Shown: one piece after another, positions 51,002 to 64,000 of the stretch
Layout: each line of letters opens with the position of its first letter
Numbering within the stretch: position 1 is the stretch's first letter
DNA from: Eledone cirrhosa
Lineage: Eukaryota
NCBI GenBank assembly: GCA_964016885.1
Contig: OZ024740.1
Span: 153,450,001 to 153,514,000 of the forward strand
Direction of reading: 5' to 3'
Length of the DNA stretch: 64,000 bases
Notes under the pieces: generated by a model
The model's input: only the letters and a program-made list of their open reading frames with translations
The model's database searches: none
What the model was told of the DNA's origin: nothing
Program-made: the position numbers and the translations under genes

Positions 51002-51687
51002 ATATAGCACCTAAGAAAGCCACTGCACCATTTGAACTCACAATTGTTTCTACTTTTGGCACAAGGCCAGCAATTACCCAGTGCATTACTGGTACTTTAT
51101 TTTATCGACCCCGTAAGGATGAAAGCATTTGAACTCAATGTAAATAGGTGCAGAAAAATTCCCCAAAGCATCTCAGCTGATGCTCTGACAATTCTGCTGA
51201 TCCACTACAATGGAATGGTGATTTATTTTATCAACACTGAAAGGATAAAAAGCAAAAACATCTCAGCATGATTTCAATTGAGAGGAGGAAGATTCAGAAG
51301 AAATACACAAGACAACATGTAATGGAAGCCAAAACATTGGAAGACAAGCAAAATAGAGAGATTAGTTAGAGAGAAAGGCTAATTAACTAAATGTTTATTG
51401 TTATAGCTTACACTCCAACAGGTTTTACCAGCCTAAAAAGAGATTAGACCTCAGAGGAGGTTTCTTGGGTGTTTTAATGATAGGAACACCAATCATACCA
51501 TGTGACCATTTTTCCTATGACAGGAGGCATGATTTGAGCTCAGAACCCAGAGTGTTTCACCAATCAACTGCCCTGGACTGATACTTATATTTATCAACCT
51601 CGAATTGAAGAAATGCAAATGTTACCTCAGAAGGATTTGAACAGAGAGCTGGAACAATTACCACAAGGCATTTATTCTGACACACTA

Positions 51688-51918
51688 ATCATCATCATCA
51701 TTATCGTTTAACATCCATATTCCACACTTGCATGGGTTTGGACGGGAGTTTTCCCACTTGAGGCAAGAGTGGTTGTCTTGCTCGCATAGGACTGTCTGGC
51801 GGGTTTTCTACGGCTGGATGCCCTTCCTAACACCAACCACATTTACAGTGTGGGACTGGGAGGTTTTTACCGTGTTATTTACACGGCCACATTACAGCGT
51901 GGACTGTGTTTTTTTTGT
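51688..51918 (-). mobile_element. 3'-UTR fragment of the RTE LINE
   Basis: Reverse complement of the LINE 3' end (catgggtttggacgggagttttcccacttgaggcaagag...). Confidence 0.85.
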
Positions 51919-54227
51919 GTGGTTCTACTAATTAACTGCCTTAATTAACCAAATGAAACAACACTAAACCAAACATACACTCCCTTCCTCATATCTATGT
52001 ATCTATGGTGTCTGTAGGAATAGTAAAGGAAAGAAAGAAAATGATAATGCTATTGAGAAAAATACATATTAGGTAATATATCACTTAGTCAAATACCTTA
52101 ATAGAATTAATAGTATAGCAACATACCACCCTTCCCCTACTTTTCTTTCTTTTTTTATTTCTCTTGATAACACATAACTCTAAGTGCAACATTTAACAGT
52201 CGGTGGGGTTGGTTGCCTTGTCAAGTGTAATGTTTGGTACATACGATTTATGGTGTGATTAACTTAATGTACATAGATAGCATCAAGTATTGATCAAATT
52301 TTCGTTTTAATAAATATTGCTATTATTTAACCCCAGGTCAGGCCCGATTGAGCAGACGTATGCTTAAAGAATAAAATGAATATAAGGATAAGAAAAAAGA
52401 AAATTCAAGTTATATAAAAATTAAAATTATAAAAAAATTATAATTCAATTAAATTCAAAACTAAATTGAAAATGCAAATATAAATGAAAAATACCTATTG
52501 TCCTCTAACCAAGATATTGTGTCTGATCCCAATGTTTAAAGTGTTTAAAAAGACTGACAACTATGCCACTTTCAAATGAAGTTCTTTTGCCTGTAAATAT
52601 AGCAAACCCACACCACCTCATATATATATCATACCATAAACATATTGCCTACACCACTCTGAATAAATTGATTATAAATATAGTTCCGTGAAATGATTTC
52701 TAACAATTGAAGACACTTGCCCAAGGTTACGAAGCAAAACTTTTTAACCACACAGCCATGCCTGTGTCTACGCCATCATTATGAGGATACCTAAAATGGC
52801 TATAACCTAAAGGCTGAACTCTTAGTGTAATATTTGAGGAAGATTTGGTAGCAATTTCTTGCAGGTTTAGGATTCCTATCTAGCTTGTGTATATATGTAT
52901 GTGTCTTTGTTTATATATTTTACACAACACCAGTGATGAAAAACAAACTTGTCTAAAACCAGTCTAACTGGTAATTGAGCCAGTGGGCAAAATAAGCATC
53001 TGTACTGGGGTTCGTGTGATTGACTAAAAACATCCAAAAGCAGTGTCCCAGCATGACCATGATCCAGTGACTGAAATCCATTCATCGCAAGTAGAAAGGG
53101 CTCTTCAGCTGAGTTAATGACTGACAACTTCTCTAATGCTAGTGCGACACAAAATACAACCCAGTAGACCATATAAGGTATTTAGCAATAGAAAAGGCAT
53201 CCCACAATAGAAATCATGCCTAAAAGAGCTGAGAGGACTTATAATTTGTGTGAGAGGTCTGATGTATCTAGAGTTAGTGAGCTTGGTTGGGGCTAGGAAA
53301 GGCATCCAGCTGTAGAAAATCTTTTTTAAAAAAATGAAAAAAATAAAATAACAAAAGCTTGGGCAGGCTCTTCAACAGTGTCTATGAAAAGACAATCCAC
53401 CTAGTGCTAGTACCACAATAAAATGTATTCAATAGAGTGTTAGATTATATGTATGTGAGATATAAGCCCCCAAATCGATAAAGTACAGGAAAGTATGTGA
53501 AAGAGATGCAGGCCCACAGCCCATTTGAAAGGTCAATAGCTCTGCTTGGTTACTGACCAATCCGTGATGGGATGTACAATCAGAGCTAGTCAGGAAAATG
53601 GGTGGTTAATGGTAATGATATATGTATGTATTACTCTATTACATGTTCCAGATGACAGGCTGAGGCAATACCCTTTATAGTAGCTGTGCCATTTGTTTAC
53701 GCCTTGCATAAACAATGTCCTGAAGCTTAACAGTTCAATGATTATCTGTCGACTTTTGTAATATACTGAAAAAGTATGGGTTAGTGTGAGGTATCAAGTC
53801 ATAGAATACTGCTTCAAAATAGTCTCATCCAACCCAAGCCAACATGAGAAGGCAGAGATGATGGTAACAACAATGATGATGCTATTCAACCATGTTATGG
53901 CACTGTAACTTCTGATAGAATTATAGGGGTGCCATCATAACATGGGCATTTTAAACCTCTCCAGATATGATCATAGCTGGTTTCTTCCAGACAAAGAGAG
54001 GGAGAAAAGCAAGTCAGAAAGAGATAGAAGAAGAATTGCTCCCAATATTAAACTGGTACTTTTTTTTTTATTGATCTTAAAAGGATTAAAGACAAAGTCA
54101 ACTCCAGTGGGATTTGAACTCAAGAATGCAGAGAGTTAGAATGAATACTGCAAAGCATTCTAATCATTGTTCGAACAACTCAGCCAATTAGCTACCTCAT
54201 ACATATATATATATATACATACATACG

Positions 54228-54573
54228 TGGAGGCACATGGCTTCGTGGTTAGAGCATTGGCCTTGCAATCGAAACGTTGTGAGTTCAATTCTCAGACCAG
54301 GTGATGTGTTGTTTCCTTGAGCAAGACACTTTATTTCACATTGCTCCAGTTTACTCAGCTGTAGAAATGAGATGATAGGGACTGGGGTCCATATCACTCC
54401 ACTGCAAAGTGGTCGTGGAGGTGCCACGGAAAAAAAGCACCCAGCACTCACTGTAAATGAGGTTGGTGTTAGGAAGGGCATCCAGCTGTAGAAATCAAGC
54501 CAGAATCAGTTGCCGTCCCACCCTTGCAAGCAGGGAAAAGTGGACGTAAAATGATGATGATGATGATGATGAT
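54228..54573 (+). mobile_element. SINE family B
   Basis: Full copy with a (GAT)n tail. Confidence 0.87.
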
Positions 54574-54650
54574 GTGTACATACAAAGCTATCTCTATATG
54601 GCATGAGAAATAAAACTACAGTGATTATTTTAGTGTGCAGTTGACCCATG

Positions 54651-55318
54651 TTTGTATATTTCTAACTGTAATTTTGTGTAGTTCTAACTGTAATTTTGTG
54701 TAGTTCTAACTGTAATTTTGTGTAGTTCTAACTGTAATTTTGTGTAGTTCTAACTGTAATTTTGTGTAGTTCTAACTGTAATTTTGTGTAGTTCTAACTG
54801 TAATTTTGTGTAGTTCTAACTGTAATTTTGTGTAGTTCTAACTGTAATTTTGTGTAGTTCTAACTGTAATTTTGTGTAGTTCTAAATGTAATTTTGTGTA
54901 GTTCTAAATGTAATTTTGTGTAGTTCTAACTGTAATTTTGTGTAGTTCTAAATGTAATTTTGTGTAGTTCTAAATGTAATTTTGTATATTTCTAACTGTA
55001 ATTTTGTGTAGTTCTAACTGTAATTTTGTGTAGTTCTAACTGTAATTTTGTGTAGTTCTAACTGTAATTTTGTGTAGTTCTAACTGTAATTTTGTGTAGT
55101 TCTAAATGTAATTTTGTGTAGTTCTAAATGTAATTTTGTGTAGTTCTAAATGTAATTTTGTGTAGTTCTAAATGTAATTTTGTGTAGTTCTAAATGTAAT
55201 TTTGTGTAGTTCTAAATGTAATTTTGTGTAGTTCTAAATGTAATTTTGTGTAGTTCTAAATGTAATTTTGTGTAGTTCTAAATGTAATTTTGTGTAGTGC
55301 TAAATGTAATTTTGTGCA
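54651..55318. repeat. 22-bp minisatellite, ~30 copies (TCTAAMTGTAATTTTGTGTAGT)
   Basis: Head-to-tail repeats with no spacers. Confidence 0.95.
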
Positions 55319-56200
55319 TTATGTTTACATTTTATGTCAAATAATACATGTTCTTATATGTTACATGATGTTGAAAAGACTTAAAACACTCATAAAATGT
55401 TAAAAATAGCCATTACAAATGTACCATAGATTCATATCATATCAAACACTGGGTTATGACACCTGTCTCAAAGATTTGTACAGTTCTAAAATTTCCTTAG
55501 AATAAACCCCACAATCCCAACATAGCACAGCTACACATTATTATGCCACACTGTAAGTAACAGCAAAGGATATCAAATTAGTTAAGACAAACATTATAAT
55601 TTATGGAATCCTGTCTACAATTTGTGATATAACCCCACTTAAGAGTTGTTTATATAAGGCATCTCATTCGACCTTTCTAAAACAGGGTCACACACACATC
55701 ACACAGCAAAGTATCCAATTTGTTGATAGAGGTGGAAAGGGAGGAGGCATATTAATGGAATTTGAATAATTTTACATCTCTTAAAGGTTAAATATAAGAC
55801 ACATTTGCTGTAATATTAATTAATAGATGAAATTACAGAATTGCTTGTCGGCAGTCCATTAATAATGTAGCTATGTGTGTGTGTATGCCCCCCACATGCT
55901 GGTATTGTAGGTGTGTTTATGTGTGTTTGAGTGTGTACGTGTTTCAGTATGGGAAATATTATGTGAAACACAGATATATGAATACATATATCTGGTATGT
56001 TAGGTGTGGGGGTGGTGTAGATGTGTGTTTGTGTGCTAAGTATTGTGAATGTGTTGTTTCATATGGGAAATATTATGTGAAACAAATGTATACATATATC
56101 TGTGTATGTTAGTGTCTGTCTTTGTGTGTAGATGTGTGTATGTGTACTGAGTATTGTGAATGTGTTTCAGTATGTGGAATGTGTGTGTGTCTATAAAACG

Positions 56201-56232
<32 letters not shown>

Positions 56233-57355
56233 TGTGTGTGCTCATGTATGTGTGAATGAAATGCAGTATTTTTTATTCATGTGTCTTGAGGGTGTAGAGA
56301 AATAATGTTTAAACAGAAAGGAGTACCTGAGAGTACAGAGGCGTGGAATTGCCCGATAGAGAGTGGGGTGGGGTGGGGGACAAACGTTTTGGAGAGAATG
56401 TGTGAGCTGCATTAATTTAGTGTGTACATATATATATATATTTATAAATACACACACACACACATATATATATATTTATAAATACAAACACACACATACA
56501 CACACATAAATATATATATATATTAATACAAACACACAAATATATATACAGAAATATAAACACACACACACAAACATATATATATAAATACAAACACACA
56601 AATATATAAATACAAACATACACACAAATATATATATATATTTATAAACACAAACATATACACACACATATACATAAATATATATATATATATTTATAAA
56701 TACACACACAAACACACACACAAATATATAAATATATATATAAATACAAACACACGCACGCACATAAATATATATATATAAAATAAATACAAACATACAC
56801 ACACAAATATATATATATTTATAAACAAACATATACACACACACACATATATATATACATATGTTAAATGATGATATATATATACATATACTCATGCACC
56901 ACACACAAATATATGTGTGTGTTTGTGAACATACACCCTCACCTGACAGCTTTATAATATATGGTTTAGCAGTTTTTCTCTGAATGCTGAATGTGAATCT
57001 ATTGTTAGGTTGTTAAAAAGCCACTTGATTGAATTCCTGGCACAAACTGTACATCTCTGAATATATTTACATAAATAAATATATTGCCTGCTTTTACAAA
57101 AACATAGCTAAAGATCTTAAGATGTTCTAACCCAAGTAATTGATCAAGTAAAACACAAGCTTATTAATTTTCATAGCCATCTGAAAAGCCACAATTGTGT
57201 TTTGTTACTTCTGAACAAAGAAACATAACTTTACTTTACTTCAATTTGCTTCACAAAAATAAAAGGTTTCACTCCTACTTCACTATTAACTATTTTGAAA
57301 CCAAACCACCTGAAACCACCCTTGGTTCTGTGATACAGAATTGCTTATTTTGATA

Positions 57356-57578
57356 TTAACCCTTTAGCATTTAAACCGGCTGTATCTGTCCAGAATTCTT
57401 TCCCTTTCTTGAAACCGGTCATAACCAGCAGCTTACACTGATGTTAACGCATTGTTCTTAAAACAAACAGTAACATCATCAAAATCTCGTACACTCGAGA
57501 ATATATAAGATAATTATGTGAGATAAAGATGAATATACAATAGTAAATTATAGAGTAATGTAAATGCTAAAGCTTTAA
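57356..57578. mobile_element. piggyBac-like MITE
   Basis: TTAA|CCCTTTAGCATTTA...TAAATGCTAAAGCT|TTAA. Same orientation as the 50787 copy. Confidence 0.75.
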
Positions 57579-57768
57579 AACCTTCCATCATAATTTCATT
57601 TTAGAAATTGTTCTTAAGTAACTGAAACCAGTAGATTTGAACTAAAAGGTCTGCTCAATCAGCATTGATATAGAGCTACAACACTACCTTAACAAACCAG
57701 TCTAATCTATGTCACCATGGTAACGTAGACATGATAATGATGATAATGATGACTAAAAACATACATAC

Positions 57769-58390
57769 CAGTTTGAAAATTTGAAGAAAAGTCTTTGGTG
57801 ATATTTTCTGTTGAACAAACACCTCATAGATGATGCATATACCCAGAACAGTAATCCCATGTTCTTTGGTCAACATGCTCATGGTAGCCAAAATAGTAGA
57901 CAAAAACAAGTACAAAAGCCTCTTGCTATAATTTGGTGTCATTTCAGAGTTGGTAAATTCTTTAGGGTCTCCATCACAATAGCCATCTCTGTAGTAGATA
58001 TATTGACGGTAACTAAGAAAGCTGAGTATGAAAAACAAACATGCTCCAACATCAGCTCGACCTACAATGCCAGCAACAGCTTCAGTGTGAATTGGGTGTG
58101 TGGCGAACAAGAGTCCTGCTAGAAGTGTCGATAGACTCCTTTGGAGGAAAACACTAGACATGTGAGTGAAGACAACTGTGACTAATGAGTGAAGTAAGAC
58201 ATTGGTAAAATGATAACTCCAAGGGTTTAGCTTACTGAAGAAGTGATTCAGACGGAAAGAGAGGACACATATTGGCCTATATGATTTGTGTGAACCACTG
58301 TTGACCAATGGTGTTCCCCAGAAATCACTGTAAAAAATGTTTTGGATTGGTGTCTCAGGAAGGAGGTCGGGGTTCTTCTGAACAGCTCGA
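57769..58390 (-). CDS. TMTC2: TMTC2-like 622-bp exon (N-terminal luminal loop and TM helices; probable second coding exon)
   Basis: Within ORF 57712..58413: RAVQKNPDLLPETP..DFWGTPLVNSGSHKSYRPICVLSFRLN, HPIHTEAVAGIVGRAD and KEHGIT, which are hallmark TMTC2 motifs. Acceptor tctttacag, donor CTG|gtatgt. Confidence 0.95.
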
Positions 58391-58524
58391 CTGTAAAGAA
58401 AAAAGAAAAACAAAATTAAGAAACAAATTATAAATCAATTATTAAACCAATAAATATTTTTTTAGTTATACTTTTGTCGTAAGGGTCAGTGATCAGGTTG
58501 TAGTGATGTTAACCATACAGCACC

Positions 58525-58748
58525 TTAACACTTTAGCATTTACATTACTCTATATTTACTATAGCATTTTCATGGTAAACACTTTACCTCACATAATTCT
58601 CACATAATATTGAATCAATGAGATTTTGATATTTATTTTGAGAACAATTCCTTAACAGCAGTATGAGTGGCCAGTTACAGTCGGTTTGAACAAAAAGAGG
58701 TGAGAGAATTCTGGCCAGATATGGCTGGTTTAAATGCTAAAGGGTTAA
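58525..58748. mobile_element. piggyBac-like MITE, inverted relative to the 57356 copy
   Basis: TTAA|CACTTTAGCATTTACATTACTCTA...GGTTTAAATGCTAAAGGG|TTAA. Confidence 0.78.
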
Positions 58749-59519
58749 CATCCTTTCATTTCGTACCTTACAACACACCAGTACACAGACTACAAACACT
58801 TATATACATCAGCACACTAACATACTAATTTGACACATACTCATAACTCTAAATCAACATTTCTCTCCAAAACACCTTAATACCTGCCATTTGTATAGAA
58901 CTTCTTGTACGTCTCTATACATACAGTTCACTCTTTCTCCTTCACTCTACTATCACTTTCTTTCCCCTTATTAATTCATACTACTCTCTAATTCATAGCT
59001 ACCACCCTCTCTTTATATTTAACACCTACACTACACACAAAAATGTCCTCCTACCAACCTCTCCTACTTCCTCACTCTCCTTGCTCTTTCTCATTAGTCC
59101 ACACCACCATCCAGTTAACTACTCCCACTTTTTCTCTAGGTTTGCTCTCATTGCCAACTGTCCTAACATTTAAACCTATTCAACAGGAAGTAGCGATTTA
59201 AAACACATCTGTTCTTAAACTTGGTATTGTTCCAACAAGTTTTCTTGTTTCTTATTCTTTTCTTTGTCAGGCCCCTTCTCTTTCTATTCAGTAGAAATAT
59301 TTACACTCTTCACACATTGTTCATATTTTGTGCATATATTTTGTTTTGTCAACCACATGTCTTCTCTTTTCAGTTTCTTTTTTCATTACATTATTTTAAA
59401 CTCTCATTGCCTTTCATCCTTACGGGGTCGATAAAATAAAGTACCAGTAATGTACTGGGTATTTGCTGGCCTTGTGCCAAAAGTAGAAACAATTATTTTA
59501 AACTCTCATATATCCCAAA

Positions 59520-59780
59520 AGTCAGCCTAAAAGTGACACAGAGGAGACTGAGGTTAGCTGGACATGTTCACCGACATCCAGAGTTGACATTGCACTCAGT
59601 GCTCCTTTGGGAGCCGCTACATGGACACACTAGAAGAGGAAGACCAAGGTTAACGTATGTTGATGCCCTAAGGACAGACACTGGTCTGTTGGAGACGCAG
59701 GACATGGCAGCAATAATGAGGGACAGAGACCGCTGGATCTCCATGGATCTCGGGAATTTTACCCGCCTTAGATAGATAGA
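59520..59780 (+). mobile_element. 3' fragment of a third non-LTR (RTE-like) element
   Basis: RRLRLAGHVHRHPE...LLWEP..RRGRPRLTYVD C-terminal motif followed by a (TAGA)n tail. Confidence 0.75.
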
Positions 59781-60763
59781 TATTAATTGTTTTCTTTTTT
59801 CTCCTGCTATGTTAACTTTACCTAACAAACACCATTTAAGTTGATTACCAATGGGTAGAACTGGTGGTTCTGATTGGTAAACCATGATGCAACAAATTAT
59901 ATATATATATAATTATACATACATACATACATACATACATACATACATACATACATACATACATACAGAGAGAGAGAGAAATAATTCCATTTAATTGTAT
60001 AACAGATAATTGAATAATTTGGTTAATTACACAACTTTACTAAACACTGATCCATTTAACATGAAATCTATGTAAAAATGATTGGTTAATTATATGCAGA
60101 CAATTTCACTCAATTGCCGAAGATTTTTCTCCAATTCTTGTAAATAGATAGATAAATAGATAAATAATAAATAAATATATAAAAATAAATAAATAAATAA
60201 ATGAATAAATTAAATAAATAAATAAGTAGGCTGTAGCTTAAAATTGATATGAATAAAGTGATTCTGGAAGCTTCTGTTTTCATAATGAATTATAATGGCA
60301 GTAGTCATTAATTCGTGTTTACAAACAGCCGATGTCAAAATAGTCAAATGTTTTTAGATTATTCATTCCTACTATTTCAATGAATTAAAGAGTATTGATT
60401 GATGTTTAGATTCAACTATATTTTTATCTTGTTTTTACTTGTGCCATAAATTACTTCAATAAATAAATATTCATTGTCGATGACATTTGTAAAAATTTGC
60501 TGTTTTCATTATCACCAAACATTAGCTTGTAATTAACCCAGTAAAATATTTCTTAATCTACATAACTCTTGTTATGTGAATATTATTGTTGAGACGGACA
60601 TATGAATTACTCTAACTTGAAATTAGAGTTGAGAACTGCAATTATAAGAAATAAGTCAATTGATTATTATGTCTATACATATGAAGGACAACATAGCTTT
60701 GAATAAATGGGACATATAAATCTGTAAAAAAGAAGAAAAATATTTTATTATATAATCCATACA

Positions 60764-61215
60764 AGGGCAGTGGATTGGTAGTATCGGTAGAGGGCAGGAC
60801 ACTATGCTTTTCAGCATAGAGTTACGGTCCTTTATGATCTGAGTTCAAATCCCGCCGAGGTTAACTTTGCCTTTCATCCTTACGGGGTCGATAAAATAAA
60901 GTACCAGTCACGCACAGGGGTCGATTTAATCAACTTTCCCCTCCCCCAAATTGCTGGCTTTGTGCCTATATAAGAAACAATTATATAATCCATACATAGT
61001 GCAGTGGATCGGCAGAATTGGTAGAGCGCCGAACACCATGCTTTGCGGCATAGAGTTATGGCCCTTTACGTTCTCGGTTCAAATCTCGTCGAGGTTAGCA
61101 TTGCCTTTCAACTTTATGGGGTTGATAAAATAAAGTACTAGTAATGCATTGGGGTCGATTTAATCTACTTTCCCCTCTCCCCAAATTGCTGGTCTTGTGC
61201 CTATAGTAGAAATCA
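60764..61215 (+). mobile_element. SINE family A tandem pair (long subfamily)
   Basis: Two copies, with tataatccataca repeated before, between and after them (TSD-like). Confidence 0.82.
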
Positions 61216-61570
61216 TTATATAATCCATAACATGTGTGCAACATAACCTCAATACTTTACTACTGAAAATATATTAAAATCTCATAATTTATTGCCTGTT
61301 ATAGATAATTTCATTAATTATATAAGACTATCAGCTAGGCTATGGGATCAGGTGTATTATAAAGAGCAAAATAGAAAATAAATTGATCAAGCAGGCATAA
61401 TCAGTAGGTCAGACTAGACGTTTACAATACATTATCTCATGACAATCATTGTAAATAATAATTCGATTAGCCTTGAAAATATTAATTCATTTAAATAGAA
61501 ACTGATGCTTATTTCTCCAGCTTAATACTTCAAACGATAGTAAAAAAAGCTAAAACATGGTAAATATAGG

Positions 61571-61726
61571 TACAGTATTTCTTGGCACCGAAGGATGCAC
61601 CCTAATTTTGACAACAAAAATTGAGAAAAAAAAATAATAAACAACCTTCAGCCTCCAGGACGCATGGTAGATTTTTGAGACTTATTTTAGGAAAAAAGTA
61701 GCGTCTTCGATGCCGAGAGATATGGT
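61571..61726. mobile_element. pogo/Tigger-like MITE
   Basis: TACAGTATTTCTTGGCACCGAAGGATGC...GCGTCTTCGATGCCGAGAGATATGGTA imperfect TIRs with TA ends. Confidence 0.6.
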
Positions 61727-63117
61727 AGGTGGGATTTGGCAGTCATGCCAAGGACAAAACAACTATGGTGCTGGTGCTACAATAACATGTACCAAGTACT
61801 CTGTAAAGTGATTAGTGATAGGAAAATGACATCCATTTTCAGAAACCATATCAAAGTAGAAACACGGAGGACAGCATAGAGAAATGGATGCAAAATGGTA
61901 ATGATGATGATCATAGTTAAAACATTGTTAAAAATAGAACTGCATAAAAACAGATTTATTCATTTCCTTACAACATAGCCATGGTGTTTCAGCAAAGTAC
62001 TGTGTATCTGTCTGTCTCTGTCTCTCCCTGCGTGTGGGTGTCTGTGTGAGTGTGTGCAAACATGAGCATTATAGCATGTGTGGCTGTGCATGTTTTGATT
62101 TATCTACATAGCCTTGTATGTCTTATTACATGCTAAATAAACGTCTAGAATATTTTACATATTTTCATATTAGAATGCACGTATGACTGTTTATGTATGT
62201 GTCAGCATTTCTAGTAATAGCTATATATAGCCTCACAAATTTATGCTGGAGTACACAGTTCAGTGATTATAGAATTTATTAATATTTCAAGTGCTCTTCT
62301 AACTCAGCAATGAATTCACCATCCTATACTGAAAGTTCTTTGATTTGCTCAATTTCAAATATGCTTATGTATCTATTCATATGTAATATATGTATATTAC
62401 ATATGACATGGATGTATTATATATGTATACATTATGCATGTTATATACGTGCGTATATAGATAGATAGATATGTGTACGCATGTTACATATACCATCTAT
62501 CTATTATCTGTGTGTATGTATGTGTCTGTGTGTACACATGGTACATATAAAGTCGACAACTTTCAGAAATCCTTAAAAATGTGTTGTTTGTATGACCCAC
62601 GAGGGAAAAGATGAGTGGCAAGAGAAGGTTTAGATTTACAAAAGCTCACAAGATGTTTAAGAAAAAACAGTATAAAAGTTATTTGCAAATGTAATCATTA
62701 TACCCTAGCACCAGATTGCAGAGTAATAAAAATAGAACTTATGAATATTATTATTAGGGGGTCATGTTGGCCTAGCAGAATTCATAGAAGGGTGTGTAAG
62801 ACACTGCAATATTTAGTTTCATTGCTCTATATTTTATGTTCCAATACTACTGTAGTCTACTTCGCCATTCATCAGGGAATTTGATAAATTGAATATTTAT
62901 CCATACACAGGCATGGCATGGCTAATGGAGATCACGTTGTAAGAACATAGTTTTCAGTTCAATCCCACTGCATGTCACATTGGGCAAATATAGTCTACTA
63001 TAGACTTGGGTTCACCAATGTCTTGTAAATGAAATTAAGTAGATTGAAACTGAGTGGAGGTCCCATATATATGTGTGTGTATGTATATATATATACACAT
63101 ACACACAAGGGTTGGAC

Positions 63118-63155
<38 letters not shown>

Positions 63156-63205
63156 CTGCCCAACCTTTGCTAGTAGGGAAAGCAAACATTAAAACAAGGA
63201 TGATG

Positions 63206-63261
<56 letters not shown>

Positions 63262-63358
63262 TACACAAACGTATGTATGCATATATATATATACACATAT
63301 ATACACACACGTATACATGTACACAGATACACACACACACACACACACATATATATAT

Positions 63359-63657
63359 CATCATCATCATCATCATCATATGTCTGCTTTTCCCTGCTTG
63401 CAAGGGTTGGACAAGAACTGATTCTGGCTTGATTTCTACAGCTGGATGCCCTTCCTAACACCAACCTCATTTACAGTGAGTGCTGGGTGCTTTTTTGCCG
63501 TGGCACCTCCACGACCACTTTGCAGTGGAATGATAGGGACCCCAGTCCCTATCATCTCATTTCTACAGCTGAGTAAACTGGAGCAATGTGAAATAAAGTG
63601 TCTTGCTCAAGGAAACAACACATCACCCGGTCTGAGAATTGAACTCACAACCTTTCG
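63359..63657 (-). mobile_element. SINE family B (5'-truncated)
   Basis: Reverse complement of ~54270-54573. Confidence 0.85.
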
Positions 63658-64000
63658 ATATATATATATATAACACATACTACCTATGTATGTATGTATG
63701 TATCATTTAATAAGTAATTATACAGAGTGCAACAATATCCATCAATAGTAACCAAGAGGCATTCGTTGGTATGAAAACCTATTTTTGATATAATTACTTT
63801 ACAATACATCATACAAGTTATTTCATACTATTCAGGCCAAATCCACACACATGTTTATATATAATGCTTATCTACTCAGTTTTGAATTGGACGACTTTCT
63901 TACTCATAAGTATGTGACATTGGCGCCATGATGATCTATATAGTAGCTTTTTAAACCAGCAAGTGATTTATATTTAGGACATATCAGTACCTTTTGTCCT

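Noticed and set aside
54651-55318. CRISPR-like regular repeat
   Set aside because: Units are head-to-tail with no unique spacers, there are no cas genes, and the context is a eukaryotic intron.
58400-64000. First coding exon or promoter of the TMTC gene
   Set aside because: No exon encoding the expected ..NTL...F.YDD(S) with a phase-2 donor was found by eye, so it probably lies beyond the window.

Overview
AT-rich, repeat-dense animal genomic DNA. It is not prokaryotic, and the microsatellite/SINE/RTE-LINE content suggests an octopod cephalopod (inference). The whole window lies inside one minus-strand gene, a TMTC2-type protein O-mannosyltransferase. Six coding exons were reconstructed by hand with consistent GT-AG phases (58390-57769, 31695-30807, 29536-29422, 20502-20417, 19063-19002, 328-5); the first exon and the final exons were not found in the window. 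The introns contain a near full-length RTE-clade LINE (APE + RT with a PHD-type C4HC3 finger inserted in the RT, two frameshifts) and truncated copies of it. They also contain two tRNA-derived SINE families, non-autonomous Helitrons, mariner relics, MITEs, a Penelope GIY-YIG relic, and large microsatellite and minisatellite arrays. The most notable unannotated signal is a set of type I hammerhead ribozyme motifs (12429-12471, 32610-32654, 45537-45660, degenerate 41390-41425). Each sits in a different non-coding Penelope/retrozyme-like insertion, and all are on the strand of the host pre-mRNA. One lies inside a perfect 133-bp inverted repeat. Another has a branched ~95-nt domain II and lies in a 731-bp terminally redundant unit. 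Repeat boundaries are by eye and approximate.
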